A stretch of DNA of 64,000 bases, taken from positions 704,001 through 768,000 of the forward strand of contig CAXXIA010000002.1 of assembly GCA_963666985.2 (NCBI GenBank), in the 5' to 3' direction. This stretch comes from Spirochaetia bacterium. Lineage in GTDB: Bacteria; Spirochaetota; Spirochaetia; DSM-2461. The notes under the pieces were generated by a model. It was not told the origin of the DNA and ran no database searches. It saw only the letters and a list, made by a program, of their open reading frames with translations. Within the stretch, counting starts at the first letter, position 1. Every line of letters starts with the position of its first letter. Shown piece after piece: positions 31,532 to 41,671 of the stretch. The translations under genes and the position numbers were made by a program.

Positions 31532-31745
31532 GTGATCCATGAATACCAGCGCGGTCAGAGCCTCGATTACCGGGAACGATGCGCGGACAGATGATAGGAG
31601 CATGACGTCCTTCTGTGAGGATTTCAGCGGTTTTTCCGGCAATATTTCGTGTAGTCTGCGGCCTGCTGATGGAACTGGTGGGCCTGATCGCGACTCGGAA
31701 GATCTCCCATCCCGTATTGATGCCTCCGGCAGTATTGGAAAGAAC
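31532..31745 (-). pseudogene. aroC: Chorismate synthase C-terminal fragment, frameshifted
   Basis: SNTAGGINTG..IFRVAIRPTSSISRPQTT...EGRHAPIICPRIVP, shift near 31574, VIEALTALVFMDH; resembles AroC KPTSSI...GRHDPC..PRAVPVVEAM. Confidence 0.8.
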
Positions 31746-31816
31746 CATCCGATATGAATTAAAACATATACGGCAATCGTATATCCTCTACAAAACATAA
31801 CACCGACAGGAAATCC

Positions 31817-33010
31817 ATGATTAAAAAAGAAGAATTGAAATCCCGTATCGAAGAAATCAGCCAAAAATGTAAAGAAGCAGGCCTCGATGCTTTCGTCGTT
31901 ACATCCGGAGACAACCTGTATTATCTTACCGGGAAATCCATCATGCCGTTTGAACGACCCTTCATCCTGATTATTCCTTCTGATGGAGATCCTGTGTTCC
32001 TGGTTCCCCAACTTGAACTGGACCACCTGCGCTCTGGAATCCCTCATATTCAGATGTTTGAAACCTATTATGAATACCCCTCTCCAGCAGAAATCAGCTG
32101 GCCCGAGAAACTTAAAGAGCTAACGGCCGGATATAAAAAAATCGGAACTGATTTGTACACCCGCTCGGAAATCTTCAATGCACTTCAAGCCAACGCCCAG
32201 GTTCACCCCTTCAACTGGGTCTACAACCGAAGATTTGTTAAATCCGAAGCCGAAATCCTTATACTAAAAGAAGCATCAAAGTACATTCGCTCCTCCATGC
32301 TGGATTTCATCAAACACATCCGCCGGGGCGCAATAGTTATGGACACACTGAATCCGGCCAGAAAAACACAGAAGAAAGTCCTCATAGACAGGAAATTCAA
32401 CGTCGATTTTCTGGCCTACAACTTTCTTTCCGCCGGGTGGCCCGGAGCCCAAAGCGCCGAACCCCACAGTATTCCGAACCCCACCACACAATTCACGGAC
32501 GGTCCGAACGTAATGATTCTATCCTATAGGATCGATGGATATGCCGTAGAACTGGAACGAACATTCTTTACATCAGTCCCTTCAGAACTGGAAACAAAAC
32601 GCTTTCAGGATATGCTCAATGCCCGTCAGATCGCCTTTGCCATGTGCAAACCCGGAGCAAAGACCCATGATATCGATAAGGCCGCCCGGGATTATCTTAT
32701 CGCTCAAGGCTATGAAAAAAACATCATCCACCGCACCGGACACGGCATGGGCGTTTCCAACCATGAAGGCCCCTTCCTCGCCATCGGATCCGACACCATT
32801 CTGGAACCGGGAATGGTTCTTACAATAGAACCGGGAATCTACTTCAAAGGCCACGGCGCCTACCGCCATTCAGATACCATTGTGATAACCGAAGACGGCT
32901 ATGAAAACCTCACCGGCATCCCCACCGGATTGAACTTTCTCACCAGAACCCGCCCGGTCGGCCCGATTGACCGAATCAAGCGGATGGCAATCAATAGAAT
33001 CATCCGTTAG
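31817..33010 (+). CDS. Xaa-Pro peptidase family (M24) protein
   Basis: Creatinase/prolidase N-domain; HRTGHGMG, HEGP, TIEPGIY, RHSDT. Confidence 0.88.
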   Translation: MIKKEELKSRIEEISQKCKEAGLDAFVVTSGDNLYYLTGKSIMPFERPFILIIPSDGDPVFLVPQLELDHLRSGIPHIQMFETYYEYPSPAEISWPEKLKELTAGYKKIGTDLYTRSEIFNALQANAQVHPFNWVYNRRFVKSEAEILILKEASKYIRSSMLDFIKHIRRGAIVMDTLNPARKTQKKVLIDRKFNVDFLAYNFLSAGWPGAQSAEPHSIPNPTTQFTDGPNVMILSYRIDGYAVELERTFFTSVPSELETKRFQDMLNARQIAFAMCKPGAKTHDIDKAARDYLIAQGYEKNIIHRTGHGMGVSNHEGPFLAIGSDTILEPGMVLTIEPGIYFKGHGAYRHSDTIVITEDGYENLTGIPTGLNFLTRTRPVGPIDRIKRMAINRIIR

Positions 33011-33056
33011 CTCTTCTTCCTTTGGGCAAATTTTCCCGACTTCTGCGGGAAAAACA

Positions 33057-33262
33057 CGCTTTGCGGGATTCCGTCCCGGCGGCTACGCCGCCGGATCGCA
33101 AAAAGGGTTGTACCGCAGACGCAAAGCGTCGAGGAACATAACAGCCGTGCACCACAGCGTAGCGAAGAGCATGGCGAGTCTCCCGACACTGCGGCGCCCC
33201 TCCTCTCCCTAACGCAGTCGAGGGTTGTGGCCAAGTTTAACTTGGACATAACCGAGACAAGG
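33057..33262 (+). repeat. Structured non-coding element, copy A (unknown class)
   Basis: Shares ordered blocks with the reverse complement of 44974-45173; see findings. Confidence 0.75.
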
Positions 33263-33335
33263 CAAGGGAAATGCATAGGCATTATCCCTAACGTTTTAGG
33301 GACGCACCGCTGTTAATGTTCTTCGCTTCGGCCGT

Positions 33336-33722
33336 CTATCCTTGAACATGTTCCCGGACATAAGCTTGAAGCCGATGACATGTTTGCAGCATAAACGGAA
33401 TATCGTCCCGAGAAATCGGATTGGAAGGTTCCGCTTCCAGAGAGCAGAATCCCGATTGATAATCATCAAGATCAATTAGATTCTTCATAAGACCATCCGG
33501 AAGCGGAGCAACTTTTTCAAGACCGCTCGCCAAATCCCGAAAGGTGTGCCCTTCGGGCAGAACCGATTCCCTGAGCAATAAAGCCATACTCATTTTCTCA
33601 ATGGAGAGAGCCACCAAATTGAATAAAGCATCGGGGTTGAACTTCCCGGGCCGTTCATAACCGCCGCAAGCCGTTTTAAAGAAACTTCCGCCCTGCTCCC
33701 AATACGATTGCCAGTCATTCAT
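33336..33722 (-). CDS. Small HEPN-like protein
   Basis: 128 aa from ATG 33722 with GGAGGTG RBS; ALSIEK...PEGHT.L resembles HEPN EK..H pattern. Confidence 0.55.
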   Translation of the reverse strand: MNDWQSYWEQGGSFFKTACGGYERPGKFNPDALFNLVALSIEKMSMALLLRESVLPEGHTFRDLASGLEKVAPLPDGLMKNLIDLDDYQSGFCSLEAEPSNPISRDDIPFMLQTCHRLQAYVREHVQG

Positions 33723-33904
33723 TCTTACACCTCCCGGAAGCCTTTGCAAAAAGAAAGCAAAATCCATTCCGGGCAAGGAACCGACCTCTTTTACAGTCTT
33801 TTCACGGATGAAGATGAGGGAAAGGCACCTCGGGGTATCCTTAAAAGGATGTTTTTACATTTTCGTGAGAAATAAGCGGAGTAAAAAAAGACGCCTCGCG
33901 GGGA

Positions 33905-34420
33905 TCAACTCTCCCCTTTCAACAGCTCCCGTTCCAGAAACCACCGGACGGAACCGAAAGCGAACATTTCCATCTTCACATCCCGGCGGCTCAAAAATAA
34001 AACCTCCGAGACTTCATCTTCCTGGAGGGAAAACGGTCCGGAAACACATTCGGCTCTAAAGAATAAATCACAGGTTTTATAAACAATGCCCTTATAGGGG
34101 TATGTATTCGGCCGACTGGCGGCGTATTCGAGGGAAGCAAGCTCAACACCCAGCTCTTCTCTCAGCTCCCGGCGGCACGCTTCCTCGGCGGACTCATCCG
34201 GATCCACGAACCCGCCCGGAAGATCGAGGAGCCCGAGCCCGGGCTCCTTGGCGCGGCGTAAGAAAACGAATCGGTCATCCCGCTTCAGCAGAATACCGAC
34301 GGCGGAAGCAACGTTGTGATAATACGTAAAACCGCATTCGGGACATACGATTTTCCGTTCGGCGGGAAACTCCGGGGCCGGACGGCGGCATTGGGGACAA
34401 TACTTGAACATGGAATTCAT
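33905..34420 (-). CDS. NUDIX hydrolase with Zn ribbon
   Basis: CPQC/CPEC; Nudix box GGFVDPDESAEEACRRELREELG. Confidence 0.92.
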   Translation of the reverse strand: MNSMFKYCPQCRRPAPEFPAERKIVCPECGFTYYHNVASAVGILLKRDDRFVFLRRAKEPGLGLLDLPGGFVDPDESAEEACRRELREELGVELASLEYAASRPNTYPYKGIVYKTCDLFFRAECVSGPFSLQEDEVSEVLFLSRRDVKMEMFAFGSVRWFLERELLKGES

Positions 34421-34572
34421 TGTCTCTTGATTCGAAAGGACAAATCAAGGATGCGATCGGAAAAGATCGGTTTGAAATCCGCGCCCTTCTGGTTACACAC
34501 GGCGGCTTACACACGAAGCCGCGTCGAAGAAAAATCGAGGCGGCTCCGGCGTTTTTTCTCAAGGACGCACCG

Positions 34573-35553
34573 CTATAAGGCAAAAACCCCGGTTCGCAGC
34601 ATCTTCAGCATTTCCGTGGCGGAACCTGTTTCCGTTAAAGAATCCAAGGCTTCCCTGCCGATTTTTTCCACCAGCCGGGTATATAAATCCATGTAGAGGA
34701 TGCTCTCCCGAACGGCTTCGAACTGATCTTCCCGGAAAGGGAAAATGTCCACGGAAATCCATCCGCCGTATCCTCGCTTATCCAGGATATGAAACATCTC
34801 CAGGAACTCAGGCAAACGGACCGAACCGACAATCATGTCGTCGTCCCATGTTCCGTAGTTGTCGTTGGCGTGAACATTGAACAAACGGCCCGCTTTCAGC
34901 GCCATATCCAAATCCCGAGCCATGTTTCCGCCGGCCAAAAGCGTATGCCCCACATCCACGGTCAAACCGAGATTGGTCCGATTCGCTTCGGCGCAAATCA
35001 GAAGAGCCGTGGGCACGGTATCCACCAGAGAACGATTCCGAGGTTCCCGAAGCTTCGGTTCCAGGGTAATCTTCACATCGGGCGCGTAATCACAGAGCTC
35101 TGTGACGCTTTCCAGAAACGCATCCCACTGCCGGGCGTAATCGGTTTGGAAGGGGTAATCGAATCCGTCCTGACCGGTCCAAAGATTATATCCGCCCGCT
35201 CCGACCGACCGGGCGAAATCCAGCCCCCGTTTGGTATCGTCAACAGCGTTTTTCCGAACAGCCGCATCGGAGGCCGAAAGCGATCCGTACATCCATTTTT
35301 GTTCTCCGTATAAGGAAGAATTCACGAAAGACGCCTTCAGTCCCGCCTCGCCGAGGAGTTTTTTGACGGCGATCTCATCGGATTCAACGCCGCCTTCGGT
35401 GGAAAAGCTCAATTCCACGCCGTCAAGAACGCCGATGTTCACCAAGGCGTCGATAATTTCTTCATAGGCGTAGGGACGTTTATACCCGCAACTCATATAC
35501 CTGTCGCAGATGTTGTTCAAAGATCCGGTGATGGTGCTGTACTTGTATTTCAT
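34573..35553 (-). CDS. Xylose-isomerase-like TIM barrel sugar isomerase
   Basis: WTGQDGFDY, EPKLREPR, DVGH, HANDN, DDD, DIFP. Confidence 0.82.
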   Translation of the reverse strand: MKYKYSTITGSLNNICDRYMSCGYKRPYAYEEIIDALVNIGVLDGVELSFSTEGGVESDEIAVKKLLGEAGLKASFVNSSLYGEQKWMYGSLSASDAAVRKNAVDDTKRGLDFARSVGAGGYNLWTGQDGFDYPFQTDYARQWDAFLESVTELCDYAPDVKITLEPKLREPRNRSLVDTVPTALLICAEANRTNLGLTVDVGHTLLAGGNMARDLDMALKAGRLFNVHANDNYGTWDDDMIVGSVRLPEFLEMFHILDKRGYGGWISVDIFPFREDQFEAVRESILYMDLYTRLVEKIGREALDSLTETGSATEMLKMLRTGVFAL

Positions 35554-35657
35554 TTAAATTCCTTTCGGTGGCGTCTTTCGAGAACCGCCCTTATGAAAAG
35601 TCGCATAAGATTCCGGGATTCACTCACCCCGGATTGAACGGGCGGTTCCGTTTGTTC

Positions 35658-36524
35658 CTATTCGCTCATCAGCCCCCGAACGAAGGCAACCGATTTCTTA
35701 AGATTTTCATCCATCAAGGAAGGATTCATAAGAGGACGATATAAGCTTACGGCGGAGCCGACTTCGCCTCCGGGCTTCACGAAAGGTTCCATGGTAATGG
35801 GCCCCCGGTAGTCCGCGCCTTTGAGCGCCGAGAAAATATCCTTCCACGGCATGGTTCCCAAACCGGGGAATTTTCGGTTGTTTTCACCGATATGGAAATA
35901 GCCGAGGCGTTTCCCGGCCGTGAGAATGGCATCAACCTGGGAATCTTCTTCGATATTCATATGGAACGTATCCAAATGAATACCGATTTGAGGCGAACCG
36001 ACCTCATCAATATATTGAATCGCCTCGGCGCAGCTGTTGACCAGGAAATTCTCGAAACGATTCACCACCTCGACATTGAACTTCACGCCATGATCGGCGA
36101 AAGCCTTGGAGGCTTCCTTCATGCTCTTCACGCTGATATTCCAGCGTTCGCTCTTTTCTTTATAATCCTGAATCCGCCCGTTCCAAGCTCCGTGAACAAT
36201 GCCGCTGCATGAGGGAGCTCCCACCTTTTCCATGGCGGCGGCCAGTTTGATCAGGAAATCCAGACCGGCCTTCCGAACGGAGGAATCGGCGGAACTCACA
36301 TCCAGTTCCACGGGGAGTCCCAAACTCATCGCCAATAAAACGCCGTTGTCTTCCGCCATGGCCTTGAATTCGGCGATGGCCGCATCATCCATTTCCACAA
36401 GCCATGCGGCGCCGAACTCCAAGAGATCGAAACCCAGGGCTTTAGCCTTCGGAATCAAATCTTGTTGATTTTCCATCCAGTCGGTTACGAAACAGCCGTA
36501 ATGGATACCCAGAGGATTATTCAT
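35658..36524 (-). CDS. D-psicose/D-tagatose 3-epimerase family protein
   Basis: EVVNRFE, HLDTFHMNIEE, HIGENNRKFPG, MEPFVKPGGEVG; start ATG 36524. Confidence 0.85.
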   Translation of the reverse strand: MNNPLGIHYGCFVTDWMENQQDLIPKAKALGFDLLEFGAAWLVEMDDAAIAEFKAMAEDNGVLLAMSLGLPVELDVSSADSSVRKAGLDFLIKLAAAMEKVGAPSCSGIVHGAWNGRIQDYKEKSERWNISVKSMKEASKAFADHGVKFNVEVVNRFENFLVNSCAEAIQYIDEVGSPQIGIHLDTFHMNIEEDSQVDAILTAGKRLGYFHIGENNRKFPGLGTMPWKDIFSALKGADYRGPITMEPFVKPGGEVGSAVSLYRPLMNPSLMDENLKKSVAFVRGLMSE

Positions 36525-36628
36525 TGCTCGATTCTCCTTTTCTTCTCTCATTTCTCATTTGCGTGTATCGAAAGGCGGCGATGCCGGCGGAGTCCTGGGA
36601 CGAACAAAACGCCCCGAGAGGAATGCCG

Positions 36629-37852
36629 TCAGATCTTCCGCCAATCCTCGACGGCCAAATCCGGATTACCGGCGCCGAAATGTTTCAGAATAACCAGATC
36701 GTCACAGGGCGAATTGTTTGTAATTTCAACACCTTCTTTAGCGGCCTGCTCGCCGACGAAATATTCATCAAGAGTCAGCTGACCGAATCTGATCAACGCC
36801 GGTGTTTCCACCGGATGTCCGCCGAAGGAACCATGTCCCTGAACCACGTACATTCCGTAAGCCGCCGCATCTTTAATAACGACGCTGCGGCCGGGTTCGA
36901 CGGTCAGCTCTTTGGCGCTGATGGCCTCGCTCTTATAGCAGATCCAATTTTCGCGGTATCCGTCCATCTCTTCGGAAGCTTTTACCGGTTTCGGAGCCAT
37001 GAAGTTATGCTCGTGAAAAAGAGGATCCACATTGAGTTCCCAATCGATTACTTCAACGAGGTAGTCGAAGTTTCCCATTTTATCTTCGGGAGTATTCTTC
37101 CACAGAAGCGAGGAATCGATAATCTGATGATTCACCAAAGACTGGTACATGGCATAAACATCGGAAGCCATTTGAGGCTCGTAAGTACACAGACTTCCCG
37201 GCGCGTGAAGCACTCCGGGATGAACGTTCCAGCCGGTTCCCGGAACAAGACGATACGCCGGGGCCAAATCGGTAATATGATTATCCCCTTTGGTGAAGTC
37301 CATTAAAGCCTTCTTCACCTCTTCCCTGGTGGTTTCGGGATTCAGACCGAAGAACGTATACGGGAAATCTCCGCCGTGATTGTTCAGTTGGGGCGGAAAA
37401 TAATAAGCCTCGGGCTTTCCCATCTCGCCGACCAGAGCGGCATGCTCATCTCCATGATGAATATGATGCGGCAGCGGCCCTTTATTATCGAAGAATTTGG
37501 AAAACATCGGCCATTTGCCGTAGGTGTTCCACAGACGATCGCCGATAAGAGCGCCCTTCAGTTCATCCACCGCATCCCTGAGAAGGAACTGCTCCGTTTT
37601 GCCGCCGTCTTCGAAAACAACGAAACTCAAACCTTCATTTTCACCGGTTTCCGGACCGTTGTCCGCCGGAGTCGTGGAGGAAAACCACCTTTCGTCGATT
37701 CCGCCCCGGTTTCCGCCGAGAGCATAGTAATCATCCGGATGGAGCTTGATACGCCGGCCGGGGATACAGAAGGAACGAGGAACCCAGTTGGGAACCAGCC
37801 TGAAGATGCCCCGCCCGGCATCGAATGCGTTGTGAATCGTATTTTTAGACAT
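36629..37852 (-). CDS. Cupin, class I phosphomannose-isomerase-like conserved protein
   Basis: GPLPHHIH, KPEAYY, HAPG, YEPQMASD. Confidence 0.7.
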   Translation of the reverse strand: MSKNTIHNAFDAGRGIFRLVPNWVPRSFCIPGRRIKLHPDDYYALGGNRGGIDERWFSSTTPADNGPETGENEGLSFVVFEDGGKTEQFLLRDAVDELKGALIGDRLWNTYGKWPMFSKFFDNKGPLPHHIHHGDEHAALVGEMGKPEAYYFPPQLNNHGGDFPYTFFGLNPETTREEVKKALMDFTKGDNHITDLAPAYRLVPGTGWNVHPGVLHAPGSLCTYEPQMASDVYAMYQSLVNHQIIDSSLLWKNTPEDKMGNFDYLVEVIDWELNVDPLFHEHNFMAPKPVKASEEMDGYRENWICYKSEAISAKELTVEPGRSVVIKDAAAYGMYVVQGHGSFGGHPVETPALIRFGQLTLDEYFVGEQAAKEGVEITNNSPCDDLVILKHFGAGNPDLAVEDWRKI

Positions 37853-37921
37853 ATGCCTACTCCTTAGAAATCCGTTGTAAGTATCATGGAACGCGAGAGA
37901 TTCCGCCTCTCACGATTCGTT

Positions 37922-38854
37922 TCAATCCCGGAGCCGGTCCAGAAGAACGGCACCGATTATAATCAATCCCTTCACGACCAGCTGAAAATAAGCCGAAATC
38001 CCCAGAAGATTCATACCGTTGTTAATCACGCCGATCAGCAGGGCGCCGACAAAGGTTCCCCAAATGGTGCCGCGGCCGCCCATCAGGCTCGTTCCGCCGA
38101 TAACCACCGCCGCGATAACGTCCATTTCATATCCGTTACCGGCGATCGGTTCCGCGGAATTAAGCCTTGAGGTAAGAATGAGGGAACTGATGCCGGCGGT
38201 CAGACCGGAGATTCCGTAAATAATCGTCTTGAAGAAAGGCGCATTAATCCCCGAGAGACGAACGGTTTCCTCGTTGCCGCCGATGGCGTAGGTGTAGCGT
38301 CCCAAACGGGTCTGATTCAGAATAAGCCAGGCCAATACCACCGATACGAAGAAAAGAATGATGGGAATGGGGATTCCCAGAACATAACCTCCGCCGAGCT
38401 TCCGGAATCCCTCGCTGAATCCCGATATGGGATACCCGTTGGTATAAATCATCGTCAAACCCCGGGCGATGCTCATCATTCCCAGAGTCACCACGAAGGG
38501 CGTAATCTTTCCCAGATTGATAATCAGCCCGTTCACCAGGCCGAAGAGGGTGCCCACCAACAAAGTACCGATGAAAACGGGAAGAGGACTCCATCCGGCT
38601 TTAAGCATTCCGGCGCAGGCAACGCCGGAGATGGCCACCAAAGACCCGACCGAAAGGTCGATACCGCCCGTGAGAATCACAAACGTCATTCCTACCGCCA
38701 TAATTCCGTAAATGGACGACTGCCTGACGACATTGATGATGTTCATTCCGGTAAGAAACACAGGAGAGAGAATGGAAAGGATGATGCACAGAACGAAGAA
38801 CGCGATCACGATCCCGTAGTTCTTCATGATGTACTTGATATCGGGCGCTTTCAT
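37922..38854 (-). CDS. rbsC: Ribose-type ABC permease
   Basis: GGIDLSVGS, LGRYTYAIGGNE, AAVVIGGTSLMGGRG. Confidence 0.85.
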   Translation of the reverse strand: MKAPDIKYIMKNYGIVIAFFVLCIILSILSPVFLTGMNIINVVRQSSIYGIMAVGMTFVILTGGIDLSVGSLVAISGVACAGMLKAGWSPLPVFIGTLLVGTLFGLVNGLIINLGKITPFVVTLGMMSIARGLTMIYTNGYPISGFSEGFRKLGGGYVLGIPIPIILFFVSVVLAWLILNQTRLGRYTYAIGGNEETVRLSGINAPFFKTIIYGISGLTAGISSLILTSRLNSAEPIAGNGYEMDVIAAVVIGGTSLMGGRGTIWGTFVGALLIGVINNGMNLLGISAYFQLVVKGLIIIGAVLLDRLRD

Positions 38855-40356
38855 GCGGTCGCTCCTTTTTCATGGAGGCCGAGGGAATATTCCATCACCT
38901 CTTCCTCACTTGCTTCGCCCTTGGCGAATTCCTTGACGATGCGACCGTCGTAGACGACTTCGATCCGATCGCTCATATTCATAATTTCCGTAAGCTCCGA
39001 GGACACCATGATGATTCCGGCACCGGCGGCGGCAAGATTCTGCATCAATTTGTAGATTTCCAGCTTGGCGCCCACATCGATGCCCCGTGTCGGTTCGTCA
39101 AAAATGTAAAGGTCGCAATCCCGAATAAACCACTTGGAAAGAACCACCTTCTGCTGATTGCCGCCCGAGAGGTTCTGAGCCTGCTGCTTGGTGGAAGGTG
39201 TTTTGATTGCGATGTCCCGAATAATCTTCTTAACCTTGCCGGTGATGATGCGGCGCTGGAGAAACCCGAACCGGGAATACTTATCAAGAACGGTGATGGC
39301 CGAATTGTCGAATAAGGACATTCCGAGAATCAGTCCCTGCTTCTTTCTCTCTTCAGGAATAAGACCGATACCCTGACGAACAGCGTCCCGCGGCTTCTTA
39401 ATCTTTATTTCCCGCCCCTTCATGAAGATTCTGCCCGCATCCTTTTTCCGATGGCCGTAGATCAGTTCCATAATCTCCGTCCTGCCGGCACCCACGAGAC
39501 CGGTGAATCCGACGATTTCACCGCTTTGCACGGTGAAATTCACGTTACGGCAGACTCCTTCTTTGGATAATCCTTCCACGCGCAGCATTTCGCCTTTGGG
39601 AACGTAGGAAGATTGGGGATACTGCTCGGTAAGCTGCCGTCCGACCATGTGTTTGATAATCTCATCGACGGTTAGTTCACCATACGGTTTCGTAATAATG
39701 CACTCGCCGTCCCGAAGAACGGTTACCCGATCGGCGACATGGCTGAGTTCTTCCAATCGATGGGAAATATATATAATCGAAACGCCTTTGGCCTTCAGGC
39801 CGGCGATAATTTCAAAGAGACGATCAACCTCGTTTCCGGTGAGCGGCGCGGTGGGCTCGTCCATCACCAAAATGTCCGATTTCAAAGAAATGGCTTTGAG
39901 GATTTCCACAACCTGCTGGAAGGCCGGACTGATGGTATACACCTTGGCCCGAGCATCCAGCTCAATATGGAACGACGCCATCAGTTCTTCCACATTGCCG
40001 TACATGGCTTTCCAATCGATAAGCCCGCTTGGATGGCGGGGTTCCCTGCCGAGGAAAATATTTTCGGCGATGGAAAGGTTGTTTACCAGGTTCAGCTCCT
40101 GATAGATCACGCTGATTCCGGAGGCCAGCATGTTTTTAAGGCCGCTGTTGGTTACATCCCGGCCTCTGAGTTCAATCCGTCCTTCGTCCGACCTGTACAC
40201 ACCCGAGAGTATCTTCATCAGTGTGGATTTTCCGGCGCCGTTCTCTCCCACCAAGGCATGGACTTCACCGGTATCGAGGTCGAAATTCACATTTTTAAGG
40301 GCTTTGACTCCGGGAAACGATTTCGTGATTCCCGTCATTTTCAGCAATGTCGACAT
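38851..40356 (-). CDS. rbsA: Ribose-type ABC ATPase
   Basis: GENGAGKST, LSGGNQQK, DEPTRGIDVGAK. Confidence 0.88.
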   Translation of the reverse strand: MSTLLKMTGITKSFPGVKALKNVNFDLDTGEVHALVGENGAGKSTLMKILSGVYRSDEGRIELRGRDVTNSGLKNMLASGISVIYQELNLVNNLSIAENIFLGREPRHPSGLIDWKAMYGNVEELMASFHIELDARAKVYTISPAFQQVVEILKAISLKSDILVMDEPTAPLTGNEVDRLFEIIAGLKAKGVSIIYISHRLEELSHVADRVTVLRDGECIITKPYGELTVDEIIKHMVGRQLTEQYPQSSYVPKGEMLRVEGLSKEGVCRNVNFTVQSGEIVGFTGLVGAGRTEIMELIYGHRKKDAGRIFMKGREIKIKKPRDAVRQGIGLIPEERKKQGLILGMSLFDNSAITVLDKYSRFGFLQRRIITGKVKKIIRDIAIKTPSTKQQAQNLSGGNQQKVVLSKWFIRDCDLYIFDEPTRGIDVGAKLEIYKLMQNLAAAGAGIIMVSSELTEIMNMSDRIEVVYDGRIVKEFAKGEASEEEVMEYSLGLHEKGATA

Positions 40357-40441
40357 GGCATTCCTATTTTAACGGACATCAGGGACCGGTGAATCAATTC
40401 CCGGTCCCCGACGTCATTTCATTTTTCTATCTACTCCGGTT

Positions 40442-41353
40442 TTACGGCATCGGCTTCGGGCTGATGTAAATCACATCCTTGGCGGGCTTTTCTCCCGCAG
40501 TGATGTTTTTATAGAGAACTTCCAGCGCCGTTCCGGCCTGCTGTCCGGGGAACTGGTCGACGGTCACGTCCAGTTTGCCTTCGTCGATATAAGCAAAGGC
40601 ATCGGGAGTGGCGTCGAAACCGACGGTAACGATACCGGAAGGATCGATGCCCGAAGCGGCCATGGCCTCGATGGCGCCGATGATCATTTCGTCGTTGGCA
40701 CCGAAGACGGCGTCGAAATCAGGATGAGCCTGAATCAGATTTTCCATAACGCTCTGACCTTTGGATCGGGAGAAGTCCGCGCTCTGGCTGGCCAGAATTT
40801 TCACTCCGGAACCGGCCATGACTTCATCGAAACCGGCTTTCCGGTCTATGGCCGCCGAAGCGCCCGGTGTGCCTTCCAGCTCAATAACCTTACCTTTTCC
40901 GCCGAGTGCATCAATGATGAACCGCGCCGCGGACCGTCCGCCTTCGACATTGTCGGCACCGACATGAATCAGAACTTTGTCGGTATTCGCCTTCCTGTCC
41001 ACGGTGGCCACGGGGATACCGGCGGCCACGGCGGCCTCGATGGCCGGAACTTGGGAATCGGTCGTAATGGGGGAAATCAAAATGCCGTCGACCTTCTGAG
41101 CGATGAAGTTTTCAATGGCGGCCATCTGATTGGACGATTGATTCTGAGAATCATGAATAATCAGCTTCACACCGAGCTCATCGGCCTTCTTCTGCGCTTC
41201 GTCTCCCATAATGACGAAAAACGGGAACTGCATTCCCGGTACGGTCATCCCGATGGTAATTACACCTTCGTCGCCCGCATCGGCACCGCCGCCGGCAAAG
41301 GCCATGGGAACGGCCAAAGCGATCAGACAGAGAACCGCGAGATACTTTTTCAT
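40442..41353 (-). CDS. rbsB: Ribose-type ABC substrate-binding protein
   Basis: FPFF, VDR, GADNVEGG, LEGTPG, NDEM, GFDA; start ATG 41353. Confidence 0.85.
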   Translation of the reverse strand: MKKYLAVLCLIALAVPMAFAGGGADAGDEGVITIGMTVPGMQFPFFVIMGDEAQKKADELGVKLIIHDSQNQSSNQMAAIENFIAQKVDGILISPITTDSQVPAIEAAVAAGIPVATVDRKANTDKVLIHVGADNVEGGRSAARFIIDALGGKGKVIELEGTPGASAAIDRKAGFDEVMAGSGVKILASQSADFSRSKGQSVMENLIQAHPDFDAVFGANDEMIIGAIEAMAASGIDPSGIVTVGFDATPDAFAYIDEGKLDVTVDQFPGQQAGTALEVLYKNITAGEKPAKDVIYISPKPMP

Positions 41354-41429
41354 GTCATTTCTCCTTTTTGGAATTGGTATTGGCCTCATTATCAGGGGCT
41401 GAATTCACACTTGTCAAGGAAAATATGGC

Positions 41430-41630
41430 ATCGTTTGCAATATCGTTTTCAGGATCATTTTTTCTGCATCCGAAATCAAGTTTCCTAAAATTAAATCGAT
41501 TCCATTTCCTTTTCTTATAAGTTTTTATCATTTATCAAGCGTAAATCATCAAAACATTGTTCATTGACAACGGCAAATCGTCATGATAACGTTTTTGCAA
41601 TCGTTTTCTTAACAATGGTAACGATATCCC
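41430..41630. promoter_or_regulatory. Divergent control region with LacI-type operator-like sites and lacI promoter
   Basis: TTGACA 41564-41569, 17 bp, TAACGT; CG-centred sites GATAACGTTTT, GCAATCGTTTTC, GGTAACGATATC, CAATATCGTTTTC. Confidence 0.55.
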
Positions 41631-41671
41631 GCATTAGGGTAAGATACATCAACGGAAGGAGATCGTTTGCA

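Noticed and set aside
33057..33262. Element as a group II intron remnant, tRNA or classical attC
   Set aside because: No convincing domain V hairpin, no cloverleaf, no paired RYYYAAC/GTTRRRY boxes; left unclassified
33281..33308. dif-like site (reverse complement GGTGCGTCCCTAAAACGTTAGGGATAAT)
   Set aside because: Only 4 bp between TAA and TTA instead of 6, and a poor XerD arm; treated as a simple palindrome
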